Shown here: positions 1 to 11,667 of the stretch, piece by piece
Layout of the letters: the number at the start of each line of letters is the position of its first letter
How positions within the stretch are numbered: position 1 is the stretch's first letter
Origin: Promethearchaeota archaeon
GTDB taxonomy: Archaea; Asgardarchaeota; Lokiarchaeia; Sigyniarchaeales; SOKP01
Assembly: GCA_019058445.1 (NCBI GenBank)
Contig: JAHPZA010000006.1
Coordinates: 192,001-256,000 of the forward strand
DNA length: 64,000 nt
Direction: 5' to 3'
Program-made: the position numbers and the translations under genes
The notes under the pieces: model-generated
The model's input: the letters and a program-made list of their open reading frames with translations, nothing else
Databases searched by the model: none
Told to the model about the DNA's origin: nothing

Positions 1-1
1 T

Positions 2-1189
2 CTGCTCAAAGAAGTATTTACCATGTTTTTTTCTGAAAACGCTTTAAGTCCATTCGTCTTTCCTAGTCTAAAAAAATTTGAATCAGAAGTAGTGTCGATG
101 ACTATTGATTTATTAGGGGGAAATCGGAGAGCTTGTGGAAGTATGACTTCAGGGGGTACTGAAAGCATTTTACTCGCTGTAAAAACCTATAGAGATTGGG
201 CACGTGAAAAGTTTCCAGAAATAATTGAGCCTGAAATGCTTTTACCTGGCTCAGCACATCCTTCTTTTGACAAGGCAGCTAAATATTTCGACGTTAAACC
301 CATATATGTTCCTATTGATGACAAATCATATAGAGCAGACGTTAAGGCTATGAAAGATAAAATATCAGAAAATACCATTCTAATTGTGGGATCTGCGCCC
401 GATTACCCTCGGGGAGTTGTAGATCCGATTACTGAACTTGGAGCTTTAGCGAAGCAAAGTGGTATAGGAATGCACGTTGATGCGTGTCTAGGGGGATATA
501 TGCTACCCTTTGTTAGAAAATTAGGATATAAAATTCCAGATTTCGATTTTTCAGTGCCTGGGGTCACCTCAATTTCTGCAGACATACATAAGTATGGATA
601 TGGGGCTAAAGGCTCATCGACAATCTTATATCGAAAAGATGAGTTGTTGAAATATCAATACTGTGCAACTGTTGATTGGTCAGGGGGAATTTACGCATCT
701 CCTGCCATGCAGGGCAGTCGATCAGCTGGAACGATCGCTGCAGCATGGGCGGCCTTAAATGCATTAGGAGAGAGCGGCTATTTAAAACTGGCAAAAGTAG
801 TGATGGATACGACTAAAAGATTAATCAAGGGAATCGAAGAGATTCCCGAATTATACGTATTAGGAAAGCCTGACATGAGTGTGTATTCTTTTACATCAGA
901 CAAATTTCATATATATAATATAGCGGACGCCATGGAAAGACGAGGCTGGCATTTAGACCGTCTACAATTTCCTCCAGCAATTCATATGACTGTAAACCCG
1001 CCTAATTCTAAAGTTATAGAACCATTTTTAAAAGATCTCAACGAAAGCGTTGAAGAGGTCATTAACAATCCCGAAAAAAAAGCAGATCGTCAGTCAGCAT
1101 TGTATGAAATGATAGCAACAGCACCCGATCGGGAATCAGTAAAAGATTTTGTACTTGATTTTCTAAAAGATCTTTATAAGGCTAAATGA
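2..1189 (+). CDS. Sphingosine-1-phosphate lyase-like PLP-dependent enzyme (5'-partial)
   Basis: TSGGTESI, HVDACLGG, SISADIHKYG (PLP Lys) and WSGGIYASPAMQGSR motifs of the SPL/DPL1 group; frame is open to the window edge. Confidence 0.85.
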   Translation: MLKEVFTMFFSENALSPFVFPSLKKFESEVVSMTIDLLGGNRRACGSMTSGGTESILLAVKTYRDWAREKFPEIIEPEMLLPGSAHPSFDKAAKYFDVKPIYVPIDDKSYRADVKAMKDKISENTILIVGSAPDYPRGVVDPITELGALAKQSGIGMHVDACLGGYMLPFVRKLGYKIPDFDFSVPGVTSISADIHKYGYGAKGSSTILYRKDELLKYQYCATVDWSGGIYASPAMQGSRSAGTIAAAWAALNALGESGYLKLAKVVMDTTKRLIKGIEEIPELYVLGKPDMSVYSFTSDKFHIYNIADAMERRGWHLDRLQFPPAIHMTVNPPNSKVIEPFLKDLNESVEEVINNPEKKADRQSALYEMIATAPDRESVKDFVLDFLKDLYKAK

Positions 1190-1420
1190 TTCCTTTACAG
1201 AATTGATTACACTTAGAATTAGTATAATAATTTAAATAATAATTTTTACTAAATTGTTAAAGTTTCTTTTGAATTACAAACGAACGAAAAACAAAAAATA
1301 AACCAAGATTTAAATACAGTTTTAATTGCTATAAAAGCATAATTTTAATAGATATTTATTATATCGATTTAAAAACGGAATTTTAGCACTAAAGGATAAA
1401 GGTTTAAGGGGATATTAAAA

Positions 1421-2548
1421 GTGGCAAGTACGGTAATTGTTGAATTACAAATATATGGTGGAGTTTTAGGGGTTATCGCATGTTTAGTCATGGTTTATGT
1501 TTGTGCTACGAAGCGTCGAGAATTATATCTTTGGTGCGTTGCTTATATTGCTACAGTTATAGGGCAGATTATAGTAGCGATTACCAATTCTCTAAATTCG
1601 GGACAGGATCTTATAGGTAATATTTTTTATGTAGCAGGAGTTACAATAATTTTCATAGCTATTCTAAAAGAATATTCTGAAATATTTCTTAAAGAAAAAA
1701 TGCACTTCTTAAAAAGAAATATAACTATGGCAGCTGTCGCTGTGAGTCCAATCGTGATTGGACTAGAAATTTTTATAGTAATTATGTGTATACTAGGAGC
1801 TGTCTTACTCTTTCGAATTTACTTATATAAAAGAACACCTACGCATGCTTTTTTATGTATCCTTCTCTTGGCGGGTTTCATGACAATAATGTTTACTGTA
1901 CTTGATTCAATTGAAGTAGAGAATATGAGAATTTTCGGCCAAGCGAGCACGATCTTTTTTGATACCTTATTATTGTCAACTGCATGTGTAGCACTTGTTG
2001 AGCAAAAGATTACTAAGACATCATCAGCATTAACAAATGTAATTTCTACTGCTTCAGAGGCAAGTATTAACGTGTCAAATATCGCTACGGAATTAGCGGC
2101 AAGCGCAAGTGAGGTAAACGCCTCCTCCGAAGAGATCGCTTCGACAGTTCAAAACGTCAATCAAGAAGCTCTCACTATCCAAACTTATTCTGATGACTTA
2201 CGGAATGTGATGCAATTAATTAGAAATATTTCAGACCAAACCAATTTATTAGCGTTGAATGCGAGCATTGAAGCAGGCAGGGCAGGTGAGCTTGGAAGAG
2301 GCTTCGCAGTGGTAGCTAATGAAGTTCGTAAATTAGCCGAAGAATCAAAGAAAGCAGTGATGGACACGGGAGAAAAGATTGACGTGATTATAAATAAAAT
2401 TCAAACTACAACAGATGCAATGGAAGGTATAAATGCTTCTACTGAGGAACAAACGGCCTCTATGGAAGAAATTACTTCAACCGCAAATAGATTAGGTACA
2501 TTAGCGGAGGATCTCAAGGATCAATTAACAAATTATGACGAGAATTAA
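1421..2548 (+). CDS. MCP-like receptor: 6-7 TM sensor plus short MCP signalling domain, no HAMP
   Basis: [35 protein letters not shown] hairpin motif; hydrophobic N-terminal ~195 aa. Confidence 0.9.
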   Translation: MASTVIVELQIYGGVLGVIACLVMVYVCATKRRELYLWCVAYIATVIGQIIVAITNSLNSGQDLIGNIFYVAGVTIIFIAILKEYSEIFLKEKMHFLKRNITMAAVAVSPIVIGLEIFIVIMCILGAVLLFRIYLYKRTPTHAFLCILLLAGFMTIMFTVLDSIEVENMRIFGQASTIFFDTLLLSTACVALVEQKITKTSSALTNVISTASEASINVSNIATELAASASEVNASSEEIASTVQNVNQEALTIQTYSDDLRNVMQLIRNISDQTNLLALNASIEAGRAGELGRGFAVVANEVRKLAEESKKAVMDTGEKIDVIINKIQTTTDAMEGINASTEEQTASMEEITSTANRLGTLAEDLKDQLTNYDEN

Positions 2549-2827
2549 ATATAATTATATATAGAATTTCAAACAAAAACAAATCACTAAGAAGAATAAT
2601 TAAAATCTTTCTTCTAATGGAAAAAAATTTTCTTTTATTTTTACTAATCTTTTTTTAGATTTTTTTCTAATTAATAACGGAGCGATTTCTTTAGCAGATA
2701 GAGCAAAAATTACTAGAAAAATTAATGATTTTAAGTATGTCTACTAACATATCATGGATAATTTTAAATATTAGGAGTTTTACTATATTAAAAATTTATA
2801 TAAAAAACTGTTAAAAGGAGATCAAAA

Positions 2828-3622
2828 ATAGCTGAAATATACCCTGAATTAAGCATAATCGAAGTAGTCCTAGTTATAGCCGCATCAATAATGATGGCGA
2901 TTGTTTATCAAAAGCGACGCGATTTAATTTTTTGGCTTCTTACATATATTACTTTAACAATCGGGGTGGTTATTAGCGCCATAACGGATATAACAAATCC
3001 AGGAGGGGTAGGACATTTTATTAGCAGAATTTTTTACGTAAGTGCGTCATTAATTTTATTCATTGGAGTATTTAAGGAATATTATGAAACATTTTTAAAA
3101 GAAAAGAATGAGAATAATAAAGCTAAACTTGTATTAAGCACAGTTATTGTTGCTATTCCTCTTATTGTTATTTTAGAAATTTTCATAATTATTTGCTGTG
3201 GAATTTGCGCAGCTATGTTACTTCGAATTTCCTTTAAGAAAAAAACATTTACTCATGCGTTCTTAAGTCTATCTATTTTTAATGTGCTACTCAGTTTAAT
3301 TTTAACCGTTATAGAAACTATTGGAGTTGAAGGGATGACCCTATATAGTCTTGGTATGAATATAATCTTCTTTACAACTCTTTTAATTACTGCTATTGTT
3401 GCATTGTTGGATCAGAAAGTTATTGACGCTTCAAATGAAAAAGACTATTTGAAAGATAAATATTCGCATGAACTAGGTAATATTCTCCATACAATTTCTA
3501 TGACTTATGACCTGATTAATGTTAAAGATAATTCTGAAATTAACCTAAATGACTTAGATAAATTAATAAAACTTAAAATAAAAGAAGCTTCAGATCTGGT
3601 AAGATTTATTCGTGGTCTATAG
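2828..3622 (+). CDS. 6-7 TM sensor paralogue ending in a HisKA-like H-box with no ATPase domain; probable ATA start at 2828
   Basis: TM part is similar to 3870..5003 (PGGxGHxxSRIFY); C-terminal KYSHELGNIL; in-frame upstream AEIYPELSII matches the paralogue N-terminus; AAGGAG at 2815-2820. Confidence 0.75.
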   Translation: MAEIYPELSIIEVVLVIAASIMMAIVYQKRRDLIFWLLTYITLTIGVVISAITDITNPGGVGHFISRIFYVSASLILFIGVFKEYYETFLKEKNENNKAKLVLSTVIVAIPLIVILEIFIIICCGICAAMLLRISFKKKTFTHAFLSLSIFNVLLSLILTVIETIGVEGMTLYSLGMNIIFFTTLLITAIVALLDQKVIDASNEKDYLKDKYSHELGNILHTISMTYDLINVKDNSEINLNDLDKLIKLKIKEASDLVRFIRGL

Positions 3623-3869
3623 CTCTGTAAAATTCAATTTCTCGAATAAAACAAGGTCTTTTACTAATTTCATCCAAATCACTTTGCCATAATGTGTTAC
3701 TCTCATTTCTGATCAGCACGAAATAGTAGAAAAAAAATTAACTTTAAAAGGTATTATTTTAGCTAGAAATTCTAAATTAGAAAAGTTATCTTACTCGGAT
3801 AACAATTTTTCTATTAAATTTTTGTTTCAAATTATTATTTTAATTAATCATTTGAAGGGGATATAAAAA

Positions 3870-5003
3870 GTGGCAGAACCATATCCAGAATTAAGTATAC
3901 TTATTGCAATTTTAGGAGTTTCTGCATCACTCATTATGACATTAGTCTATCTTAAAAGGCGCGAACTATTGCTAATGTTTATAGCTTATATTATCACGGC
4001 AATTGGAGTAGTAATTAGCGTTGCTAGTGAGTTAACAGATCCAGGGGGCCCTGGACATTTAGTTAGTAGAATATTTTACATGATAGCAATTATAGCATTG
4101 TTTATTTCGGTTTTTAAGGAATATTACGCCGAATTCATTAATCAAAAAATCGATAAAAATCTAGTTAAATATACAATGATTGCTGCTGCTACTACATTCA
4201 GTCCTGCTGTAATAAGTTTAGAATTAATGGTCATAATATTTAGCGGAACAAGTGCGATGATGTTATTAAGGTTATATTGGAAAAAAAGAAATGCGGCCCA
4301 TGCTTTTTTATGTTTTTCTTTGTTAACTGTATTACTTTACTTAATTTTACTAGTTATCGAATCATTTGGAGTTGAAGAGATAAGATTACTTGCTCAAGGT
4401 GTAAATATAATCTTTTTTACAATGCTTTTAGTTTCAGCTGTAGTAGCTTTATTAGATCAAAGAATCATGAACTCAATGGATTCTTTAAAAAATGTAATTA
4501 GTGTTGCCTCAGACACAAGCGTTAATGTTTCAAACATCGCTACGGAATTGGCAGCAAGTGCGAGTGAGGTAAACGCCTCATCCGAAGAAATCGCCTCGAC
4601 AGTTCAGAATGTCAACCAAGAAGCTTTAACCATTCAAAATTATTCTGATGATTTACGCAATGTAATGCAATTAATTAGAAATATTTCTGATCAAACTAAT
4701 CTACTCGCATTAAATGCCAGCATCGAAGCAGGAAGGGCAGGAGAGTTAGGACGAGGCTTTGCAGTGGTAGCTGATGAGGTTCGCAAACTAGCCGAAGAAT
4801 CGAAGAAAGCAGTCATGGATACTGGAAACAAAATCGATGTCATAATCGAAAAAATTCGCTCCACAACTGAATCAATGGAGGGAATAAATGCTTCCACTGA
4901 AGAACAGACTGCCTCTATGGAAGAGATCACTTCAACCGCAAATAGGTTAGGCACATTAGCAGAGGATCTAAAAGATCAATTAATTAATTATGAAGAAAAC
5001 TAA
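3870..5003 (+). CDS. MCP-like receptor, 6-7 TM, no HAMP
   Basis: [35 protein letters not shown] motif. Confidence 0.9.
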   Translation: MAEPYPELSILIAILGVSASLIMTLVYLKRRELLLMFIAYIITAIGVVISVASELTDPGGPGHLVSRIFYMIAIIALFISVFKEYYAEFINQKIDKNLVKYTMIAAATTFSPAVISLELMVIIFSGTSAMMLLRLYWKKRNAAHAFLCFSLLTVLLYLILLVIESFGVEEIRLLAQGVNIIFFTMLLVSAVVALLDQRIMNSMDSLKNVISVASDTSVNVSNIATELAASASEVNASSEEIASTVQNVNQEALTIQNYSDDLRNVMQLIRNISDQTNLLALNASIEAGRAGELGRGFAVVADEVRKLAEESKKAVMDTGNKIDVIIEKIRSTTESMEGINASTEEQTASMEEITSTANRLGTLAEDLKDQLINYEEN

Positions 5004-5049
5004 AGATATATCTTAATTAATTTACTTTTAATTTTTTTATTTTCATTTC

Positions 5050-8000
5050 TTATCTTTTGTTCAATCTTATAGTAAATGTAGTTCCCTTATTTCTCCCCTC
5101 AGATTTTACCAAAATTTCACCGTTGTGTAGATCAACAATATGTTTTGAGATAAATAAACCGAGACCTGAACCTTCAATATCTACATCTAATCCCTTACCA
5201 TACCGCTCTATTTTGCCAAATTTTTCAAATAATTTTTTCTTTTCCTCGTCGGTCAAGCCAACTCCGGTATCTTTTATCTGAATTTCAATATATTCCGGAT
5301 TTTCATTTGTACTTATAAATATCATACCTTCTGTTGGAGTATTCTTTATAGCATTTGATATTATATTAGTGAGAACCTGTTCAAGACGTAATTTATCGAC
5401 TTTATGATAAATTTTATCAGGCAAATTTAATTTTAAGGTGAGTTGTCGACTACTTATTAAATAAATCATCTCCTCAACGCATTCATTGATTAGTTCCACA
5501 AGATTTTCCATATTTAAATTTAATTTTAATTTTTGGATTGTTATTTTTGATACATCTAATAAATTCTCAATCAACGACTTTAATCTAAAACATCCCTTAT
5601 AAATGGTTTGAATCAGTTGTGTAATATTTCCATCAAATTTATTCTCATATTGTTTTAAAAGAATTTCAGATGCCATATAAGTAGAGGTTAAAGGAGTCTT
5701 TAACTCATGAGAGACACGTGTAATTATATCTTCCCTCATTTCATCAAGTTCCTTTAATTTTTTTATTTCTTCGAGTATAAGTCTTTCTGCTTCTTTCTTT
5801 TCTGTAATATCTATTATAACCTCAATTGCTTTATTAGTTGTTCCATCAGCATTAGGAATCGGAGCAGAAAAGATTTCATAATTCCTATTATCAACAGCAG
5901 ATTGTTCTATATGTTCAATAGTATTAGTGTTTATCGATTTCATTACAGGACAAACTTCACACGGCTCCTTTGACTCCATATATTTTTCATAACATAATTT
6001 ACCAATAAAATCTCCAAATCTTTCCTTCATTGTTTCATTCATATATTGAACTTTATAGTCATCTCCAATTATATCAATACCTAATCCTGCACTCGTTAAA
6101 CCATCAATTATTGCTTTTAATTTATCTCTCTCTGTTTTTAATGCTTTTTCTGCCTGCTTACGTTCAGTAATATCTACAATCATAGAACGTGATTGAATGA
6201 TGTTTCCCTCTTGATCTAAAATGGGATTTACAGTTAAACTTATCCAAACAAGCTCATCATTTTTTTTTTTCATTTGGAGTTCTTCATCTTGAATAAGTTC
6301 GCCTTTTAAAAATCGTTTAAAAAGTTGTTTAGCTTTAGCTAATCCATTATCATTATCAGCATATAAATCAAAAATATTTTTATTTACTAACTCTTCTTTT
6401 GAATATCCTAAAAGTCTTACTGCTGCTTTATTACAAAGCTGAATTGTTTTATCAACCCCTATTGAAAAATAGGCATTTGGAGCTTCTTCATAAAGATCTT
6501 GATATAATCGTTCAGATTCTTTCAATTTTTGTTCTACTTTCTTTTGTTCTGTTATATCTCGACAGATTGAATGAAAATAAGTTTTATCTTTTAGTACCAT
6601 AGTTCTTATTCTAACAAAGATATTCCTAATATATCCATTTTTGGTTCTGAAAGTTGTTTCAAAGTCATCAAATCCTTTATTTTTAATAATGTTAATATGC
6701 TTAATCATATCATCCTTGTCTTCACTTGCTTCATAATCTGAAAGTTTTAGTTTAGTGAATTCTTCTTCAGTATATCCTAAAATTCGACAGAGACTCTTGT
6801 TAAATTCAATTGCTTGTAAACTGTCTGGATCTAGTATCATTACTCCATCTGGAGATTGTTCAAATAACATTCGATATCTTTCTTCTGAATCTCTTAATTT
6901 TTGATCCAGTTTCATTTTTTCTGTCATGTCTTGGTATACTGCAACTATTTCTCCCGAAGGTATTTTGTATACATAATTTTCCCTCCACCCTTGAATTCGT
7001 TGATCTTCATATAAAGTAATGGGATGATGTTCTGGAACTCCCGTCTTCCAAACCCTTTTAAATACGTCAAGGAGTCCAAACTCATGAACTCCGGGAAACA
7101 TTTCGCATATTGTTTTACCTAGTAATTCATCTCGTGTTATTTGATCTGCCTTTTCAGCTGCTTTATTGTAGTCCCTAAACATAAAATCAGTTCCATCTTT
7201 GACAGCTTGATAAACAGCAACACATTCATTTAAATTTTCAACCAATTCTCGATATCTCTCTTCTGAATCGGTCAATTCTTGAAAATATAACCAATTACTT
7301 AATGAGTCACTAATTCGATGAGAAATCTCAGTAAATAATTCCTTTTCATACTCACTCCAAACACGAGGATATGAACATTGATGAATCCCAAATTCCCAAG
7401 GAGCACCAATTTTTGGATGAATAGCTACAGTTAGCATTGATTTGATATTAAATTGATCCCATGTTTCTCCTTTAGGGAAATCAAAAGCTTTTCCCGGTCC
7501 AAAAGCAATAGGACCATTGGAATCCAATAGATACCGAGTAATTTGAAGAACCTCAGGTCTCATTGGCAATCTTTTTCCGATCGAAAAGATACCTGGATAT
7601 TCTGGCTTAGTTGCTTCCATGGGAACTTCAAAACAATCTGCTTCAAGTTCTAATGGATACCTCAAGAAAGCTCTATCACAGTCAAAAACAAAAAGAATAG
7701 CATTTAGGAGAAAATTCAAAAGTTCTTCAAGGGTATGAATACTGTTAATTGAAGAATTAATGTATTGCAGATCATTAAGAAATCTAATATATTTTTTATC
7801 GCTCTCTGCAATCTCTTGTTCTCTCTTTTTTAATAAGCCCCACATGCTTTCCATGAATAAGGTTAGTTGTCTAACGTCATTCTGATCGTAGGGATTATCT
7901 TTATTACCAACACCTAATATCGCTACAATCTTTTCTCCATCAAATACTGGAATACTCATGTGCCTTATTACAGGAAAATGTCCTTCTGGGTAACCCTTTT

Positions 8001-8766
8001 TATTAGAGATATTTTGATAATCATTATGTATTACAGGTTTTCTCATTCGAAACGCGTCTGCCCATATTCCAGCATCTTCAATTGGATAATGCGTAACTTC
8101 CTCCGAATAGCATTGGTTCATAACATTTTTTGACCATAAATATAATTGAATAGTATTCTGATCTTCATTAACAAAATGAAGGTATCCTACTTTGCTATTG
8201 GTCAATCTAACACATTCTTCTAAAGCAAACTCTGTAATATCCTTTTTTGAAGCACTTTTCATCTGACTAAGTTTTAATAAACTATTAAGTCGTTCTTCAT
8301 CTAATTTTAGAGCATTAATTGTATTTTTAAGTTTAGTAATATCATGAAATATTTTCAATTTAGAGATTGTACCATCAATGTTTTTCAAAGGTGTTTCAGT
8401 AATATCATAGATTTTTTGATTAATATCAAAATATTTTTCTGATCTAATTGTTTTTCCCTCAAGAATATCTGACATCTTACACCATGGGCAAGGTTCTGAA
8501 CGTTCATAAGTATATTCATAACACTTCTTATTCTTTGGAGAACCAAATTCTTTTATCATTATTGGATTTACATATTCGATATTATAGGATTGATCTACAA
8601 TATAAATCCCATCCATTATTGAATTTAAAATATTAATAAGATTATCTCTCTCATTATTTATTTTTACTTCTGATTCTTTTGATATTTCTTCAGTTTCTTT
8701 ATTCTCAGTTATGTCTGCAATCTTCTTTAAAAAAGACCCAGTATTTACTTCTGGATGTTTAGACAT
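5050..8766 (-). CDS. Cytoplasmic multi-sensor histidine kinase (PAS-GAF-GAF-multiple PAS-HisKA-HATPase)
   Basis: VSHELKTPL H-box, NAIKN N-box, DTGVG, GSGLGL; repeated DITE/DITK PAC ends. Confidence 0.92.
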   Translation of the reverse strand: MSKHPEVNTGSFLKKIADITENKETEEISKESEVKINNERDNLINILNSIMDGIYIVDQSYNIEYVNPIMIKEFGSPKNKKCYEYTYERSEPCPWCKMSDILEGKTIRSEKYFDINQKIYDITETPLKNIDGTISKLKIFHDITKLKNTINALKLDEERLNSLLKLSQMKSASKKDITEFALEECVRLTNSKVGYLHFVNEDQNTIQLYLWSKNVMNQCYSEEVTHYPIEDAGIWADAFRMRKPVIHNDYQNISNKKGYPEGHFPVIRHMSIPVFDGEKIVAILGVGNKDNPYDQNDVRQLTLFMESMWGLLKKREQEIAESDKKYIRFLNDLQYINSSINSIHTLEELLNFLLNAILFVFDCDRAFLRYPLELEADCFEVPMEATKPEYPGIFSIGKRLPMRPEVLQITRYLLDSNGPIAFGPGKAFDFPKGETWDQFNIKSMLTVAIHPKIGAPWEFGIHQCSYPRVWSEYEKELFTEISHRISDSLSNWLYFQELTDSEERYRELVENLNECVAVYQAVKDGTDFMFRDYNKAAEKADQITRDELLGKTICEMFPGVHEFGLLDVFKRVWKTGVPEHHPITLYEDQRIQGWRENYVYKIPSGEIVAVYQDMTEKMKLDQKLRDSEERYRMLFEQSPDGVMILDPDSLQAIEFNKSLCRILGYTEEEFTKLKLSDYEASEDKDDMIKHINIIKNKGFDDFETTFRTKNGYIRNIFVRIRTMVLKDKTYFHSICRDITEQKKVEQKLKESERLYQDLYEEAPNAYFSIGVDKTIQLCNKAAVRLLGYSKEELVNKNIFDLYADNDNGLAKAKQLFKRFLKGELIQDEELQMKKKNDELVWISLTVNPILDQEGNIIQSRSMIVDITERKQAEKALKTERDKLKAIIDGLTSAGLGIDIIGDDYKVQYMNETMKERFGDFIGKLCYEKYMESKEPCEVCPVMKSINTNTIEHIEQSAVDNRNYEIFSAPIPNADGTTNKAIEVIIDITEKKEAERLILEEIKKLKELDEMREDIITRVSHELKTPLTSTYMASEILLKQYENKFDGNITQLIQTIYKGCFRLKSLIENLLDVSKITIQKLKLNLNMENLVELINECVEEMIYLISSRQLTLKLNLPDKIYHKVDKLRLEQVLTNIISNAIKNTPTEGMIFISTNENPEYIEIQIKDTGVGLTDEEKKKLFEKFGKIERYGKGLDVDIEGSGLGLFISKHIVDLHNGEILVKSEGRNKGTTFTIRLNKR

Positions 8767-9397
8767 TTTTATCCTCTCTTTTTAAAAACAGATGGTTGAA
8801 ATCTTCAATTCTTTTTAACTTTATTATCTTATAAAAAAAAATTATTGATATTTCTGATCATTACCTTCAAAAAACAAGAATTATATAAGGTTTTGGATAG
8901 AAATGTTAAATCTAAAAAATAATTCAGTTAAAATAATTTGAGTTAAAAATTGTATATTTCATTAAAAAATATGAGTTAAAATATTTTAAATTTTAAACCT
9001 AAGCACTAATACAAAATCTAAGTACAAAACATTAGAATTTTCTTAAAAAAAGTAATTAATTAGATCCTCATAAGAAAAATATGGATATAGTTTTAAAATC
9101 AAATATACTCGCAAAAAATGAGTAAATATAGTGAATTATTAAATCAAAAAAAAGGATTAATTATATAATTCAGTAAAAAAATTATCTTAATTAGATTTAA
9201 AGGAAGGTAGATTCTCATCCTTTTTTATTTTCTTAATCATATCTAGGTTTTTCCAAATAATGTCACAGCTATTGTTTATTGAATTGAAAATTTTAAGCAA
9301 TTTATTCAACATATCTTCAAAACTACGAGAGTAATTAGTATTTCAATTAAAATTAAAAAAAAAATTTCATAAGAAAAATCTTTTTTAAGTCAATAAA

Positions 9398-10243
9398 TTA
9401 TTTTTCATTTTTCATAATTAAGGAATTTTTTAAATCTTCAGAGAGGGTTCCTAATCTGTTTGCAGTGGCAGATATTTCTTCCATAGAAGCCGTTTGCTCT
9501 TCTGTAGATGCACTAATCCCTTCCATTGAACCTGTCGCTCCTTGAATCTTATTAATAATTCTATCTATTCTCTGACCTGTATTCATGATGGCATTTTTTG
9601 ATTCTTCGGCCAATTTGCGAACCTCATCAGCGACCACTGCGAAGCCTCGCCCATGTTCTCCTGCCCTTCCTGCTTCGATGCTGGCATTTAATGCGAGTAA
9701 ATTAGTTTGATCAGAAATATCTGTAATTAATTTCATTATATTACGTAAATCATCTGTGGAAGCCATGACTTCTTGAGTATCGCGAGAAATTTCTGAAACT
9801 GTTGAGGCGATTTCTTCGGATGAGGCGTTTACTTCACTGGCACTTGCAGCTAATTCTGTTGCGATATTTGCAACGTTTATAGAACTTTCTGTTGATTTTA
9901 TTATTAAATTCTCTAAAGTAGAGTTAGTTCTAACAATGATCTTGCAGGTGTATTCTATTAGTAAAATTACTACAACAATGCCAATAGAATATAATATTAT
10001 TGCAGATATCCACGAATTGTTGAAAGTTACCCCTTGAAGAAACGTTATAAATGAGATAAACACTAAGGACGCACTCATTAAGAACGCAACTTTATAATGC
10101 AGTTGACGGATATCTCTATTAAATCGAAAATAAAAATATAAGGCAAAGAAGATCATACATATACTTAATAACAAAAAGTTTAGGTTATTGTGATACCCTG
10201 CGCTGTTCCATAATTCATTATCTTGAAAGATTATTTTTATCAC
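9398..10243 (-). CDS. MCP-like receptor with 3-TM sensor; true start possibly ATA at 10234
   Basis: [35 protein letters not shown] motif; three hydrophobic segments. Confidence 0.88.
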   Translation of the reverse strand: MIKIIFQDNELWNSAGYHNNLNFLLLSICMIFFALYFYFRFNRDIRQLHYKVAFLMSASLVFISFITFLQGVTFNNSWISAIILYSIGIVVVILLIEYTCKIIVRTNSTLENLIIKSTESSINVANIATELAASASEVNASSEEIASTVSEISRDTQEVMASTDDLRNIMKLITDISDQTNLLALNASIEAGRAGEHGRGFAVVADEVRKLAEESKNAIMNTGQRIDRIINKIQGATGSMEGISASTEEQTASMEEISATANRLGTLSEDLKNSLIMKNEK

Positions 10244-10576
10244 CTTTTGAGTCTTTTCTGAATTTACATTCTATCAATTTTGTTTTATAAAAGACATTTT
10301 TAATTGTAATCAATAGTGTAGAAAATGATATTTTTGTGTATAATTAAAAATAATATCACTTTTTATTAGTAGTAATTTAATTCATATTTAAAAGTATTTT
10401 TTTTTAAGATTAAACGTGTTATTGTAAATAAAACCTATACTAAATTTCAATTCTTAAAGAATAATGGAAACACTTAAAAATAAATATCATTTTTACTCAT
10501 ATATAAAATCGTGGCTTTGCACATAAAGTCAGGATTATACACTCTAGATAGAAAATCACCTTTCTTTCACATTTAA

Positions 10577-10596
10577 GGGGAAGGCCCCATTTTTTT
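10577..10596 (+). terminator. GC hairpin plus T-tract upstream of the response regulator
   Basis: GGGG-AAGG-CCCC followed by A and T7. Confidence 0.35.
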
Positions 10597-10678
10597 AAAG
10601 TTTATTTAAATATAAGAAAATTTAAATATATGTAAAATCGATTTAATATGTATAAAAAGAAGTAATAATCTAGAATGG

Positions 10679-11578
10679 GTGAGAATTATTTCCGATAAGA
10701 CAAAGATATCAGAAGAAGTTAAAAAAAAATATGAAGAAGAAACGGGGAAAAAGGCATATTGGCATGGTCAACTTACTAAAAGTTTTAAAAAATGGCAGAG
10801 AGGTGAAAAAGTATATTATATTAATCAAGAACGAGTCTCTTTGTATGTTCCGGAAGGTGTAAAAGACCAATGGGAAAAATTTGCCAAGCACACTAAATTT
10901 AAGACAATTTCGGCCTTAGTTAGAGAAGCTCTGGATTTTTTTATTAAGCTTTATTCAAAACTTAATATTGATCAGAAAGAGGGCTTTGATATTCTTTCAG
11001 GTCTTTCTTATGAATTTAAAGAACCACTAACTTTGATTAAAGTCAACTTACAGATTTTAAAAAAGGTTTATAGTAAAAGTTTAAATGAAGATGTTGTTCA
11101 GATTATTAATTCTGTTTTGGAGTATTACCAAATCCTTGAAAATAAGATTATAGATTATTTAGATCGACCCAAAATCGAACAAACTAAAGAAATTAAAGCT
11201 GAAAATATACAATATGACATTTTTCTTGTAGAGGATGATAATGAAACGCGCAAAGTTCTAACAAACTATTTTAAAACTTTAAATATTTCTTGTAAAGGTA
11301 TTGCTGAGGGATTCAGTGTATTTAATGAGTTGAAAATTAATGTTCCCAGATTAATACTTCTGGATATTTTATTACCAGACATGAGTGGGGATGATATATT
11401 AAGGGATCTTAATTCAGATAAAAATTATAGCAAAATTCCAGTATACTTCATTACAGCAATACCCGAACATAAAGTAAAAAAAATGGCTGAAGAACTGGGA
11501 GCGACAGGATACATTTTAAAACCCTTTAACTTAAGTGACTTCGATGAAATAATTCAATATTTAAAAAATGAAAAATAA
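10679..11578 (+). CDS. Response regulator: RHH-like N-terminus, degenerate HisKA, C-terminal receiver
   Basis: FLVEDD, LILLDILLPDMSG, FITA, YILKPF receiver motifs; RVSLYVP...TISALVREAL RHH-like; LSYEFKEPL pseudo H-box. Confidence 0.82.
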   Translation: MRIISDKTKISEEVKKKYEEETGKKAYWHGQLTKSFKKWQRGEKVYYINQERVSLYVPEGVKDQWEKFAKHTKFKTISALVREALDFFIKLYSKLNIDQKEGFDILSGLSYEFKEPLTLIKVNLQILKKVYSKSLNEDVVQIINSVLEYYQILENKIIDYLDRPKIEQTKEIKAENIQYDIFLVEDDNETRKVLTNYFKTLNISCKGIAEGFSVFNELKINVPRLILLDILLPDMSGDDILRDLNSDKNYSKIPVYFITAIPEHKVKKMAEELGATGYILKPFNLSDFDEIIQYLKNEK

Positions 11579-11667
11579 AACTTATTTAAAATCAGTTTTG
11601 GCTAATATATTAACTGCTTGCTCAATTTAATCTAAATTTACTTATGAAATCCGAGTTCTAAAATAAT

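Noticed and set aside
8900-8985. AGTTAAAA repeated three times in a 630-bp intergenic region
   Set aside because: Short, AT-rich and irregularly spaced; not a CRISPR array or a convincing iteron set
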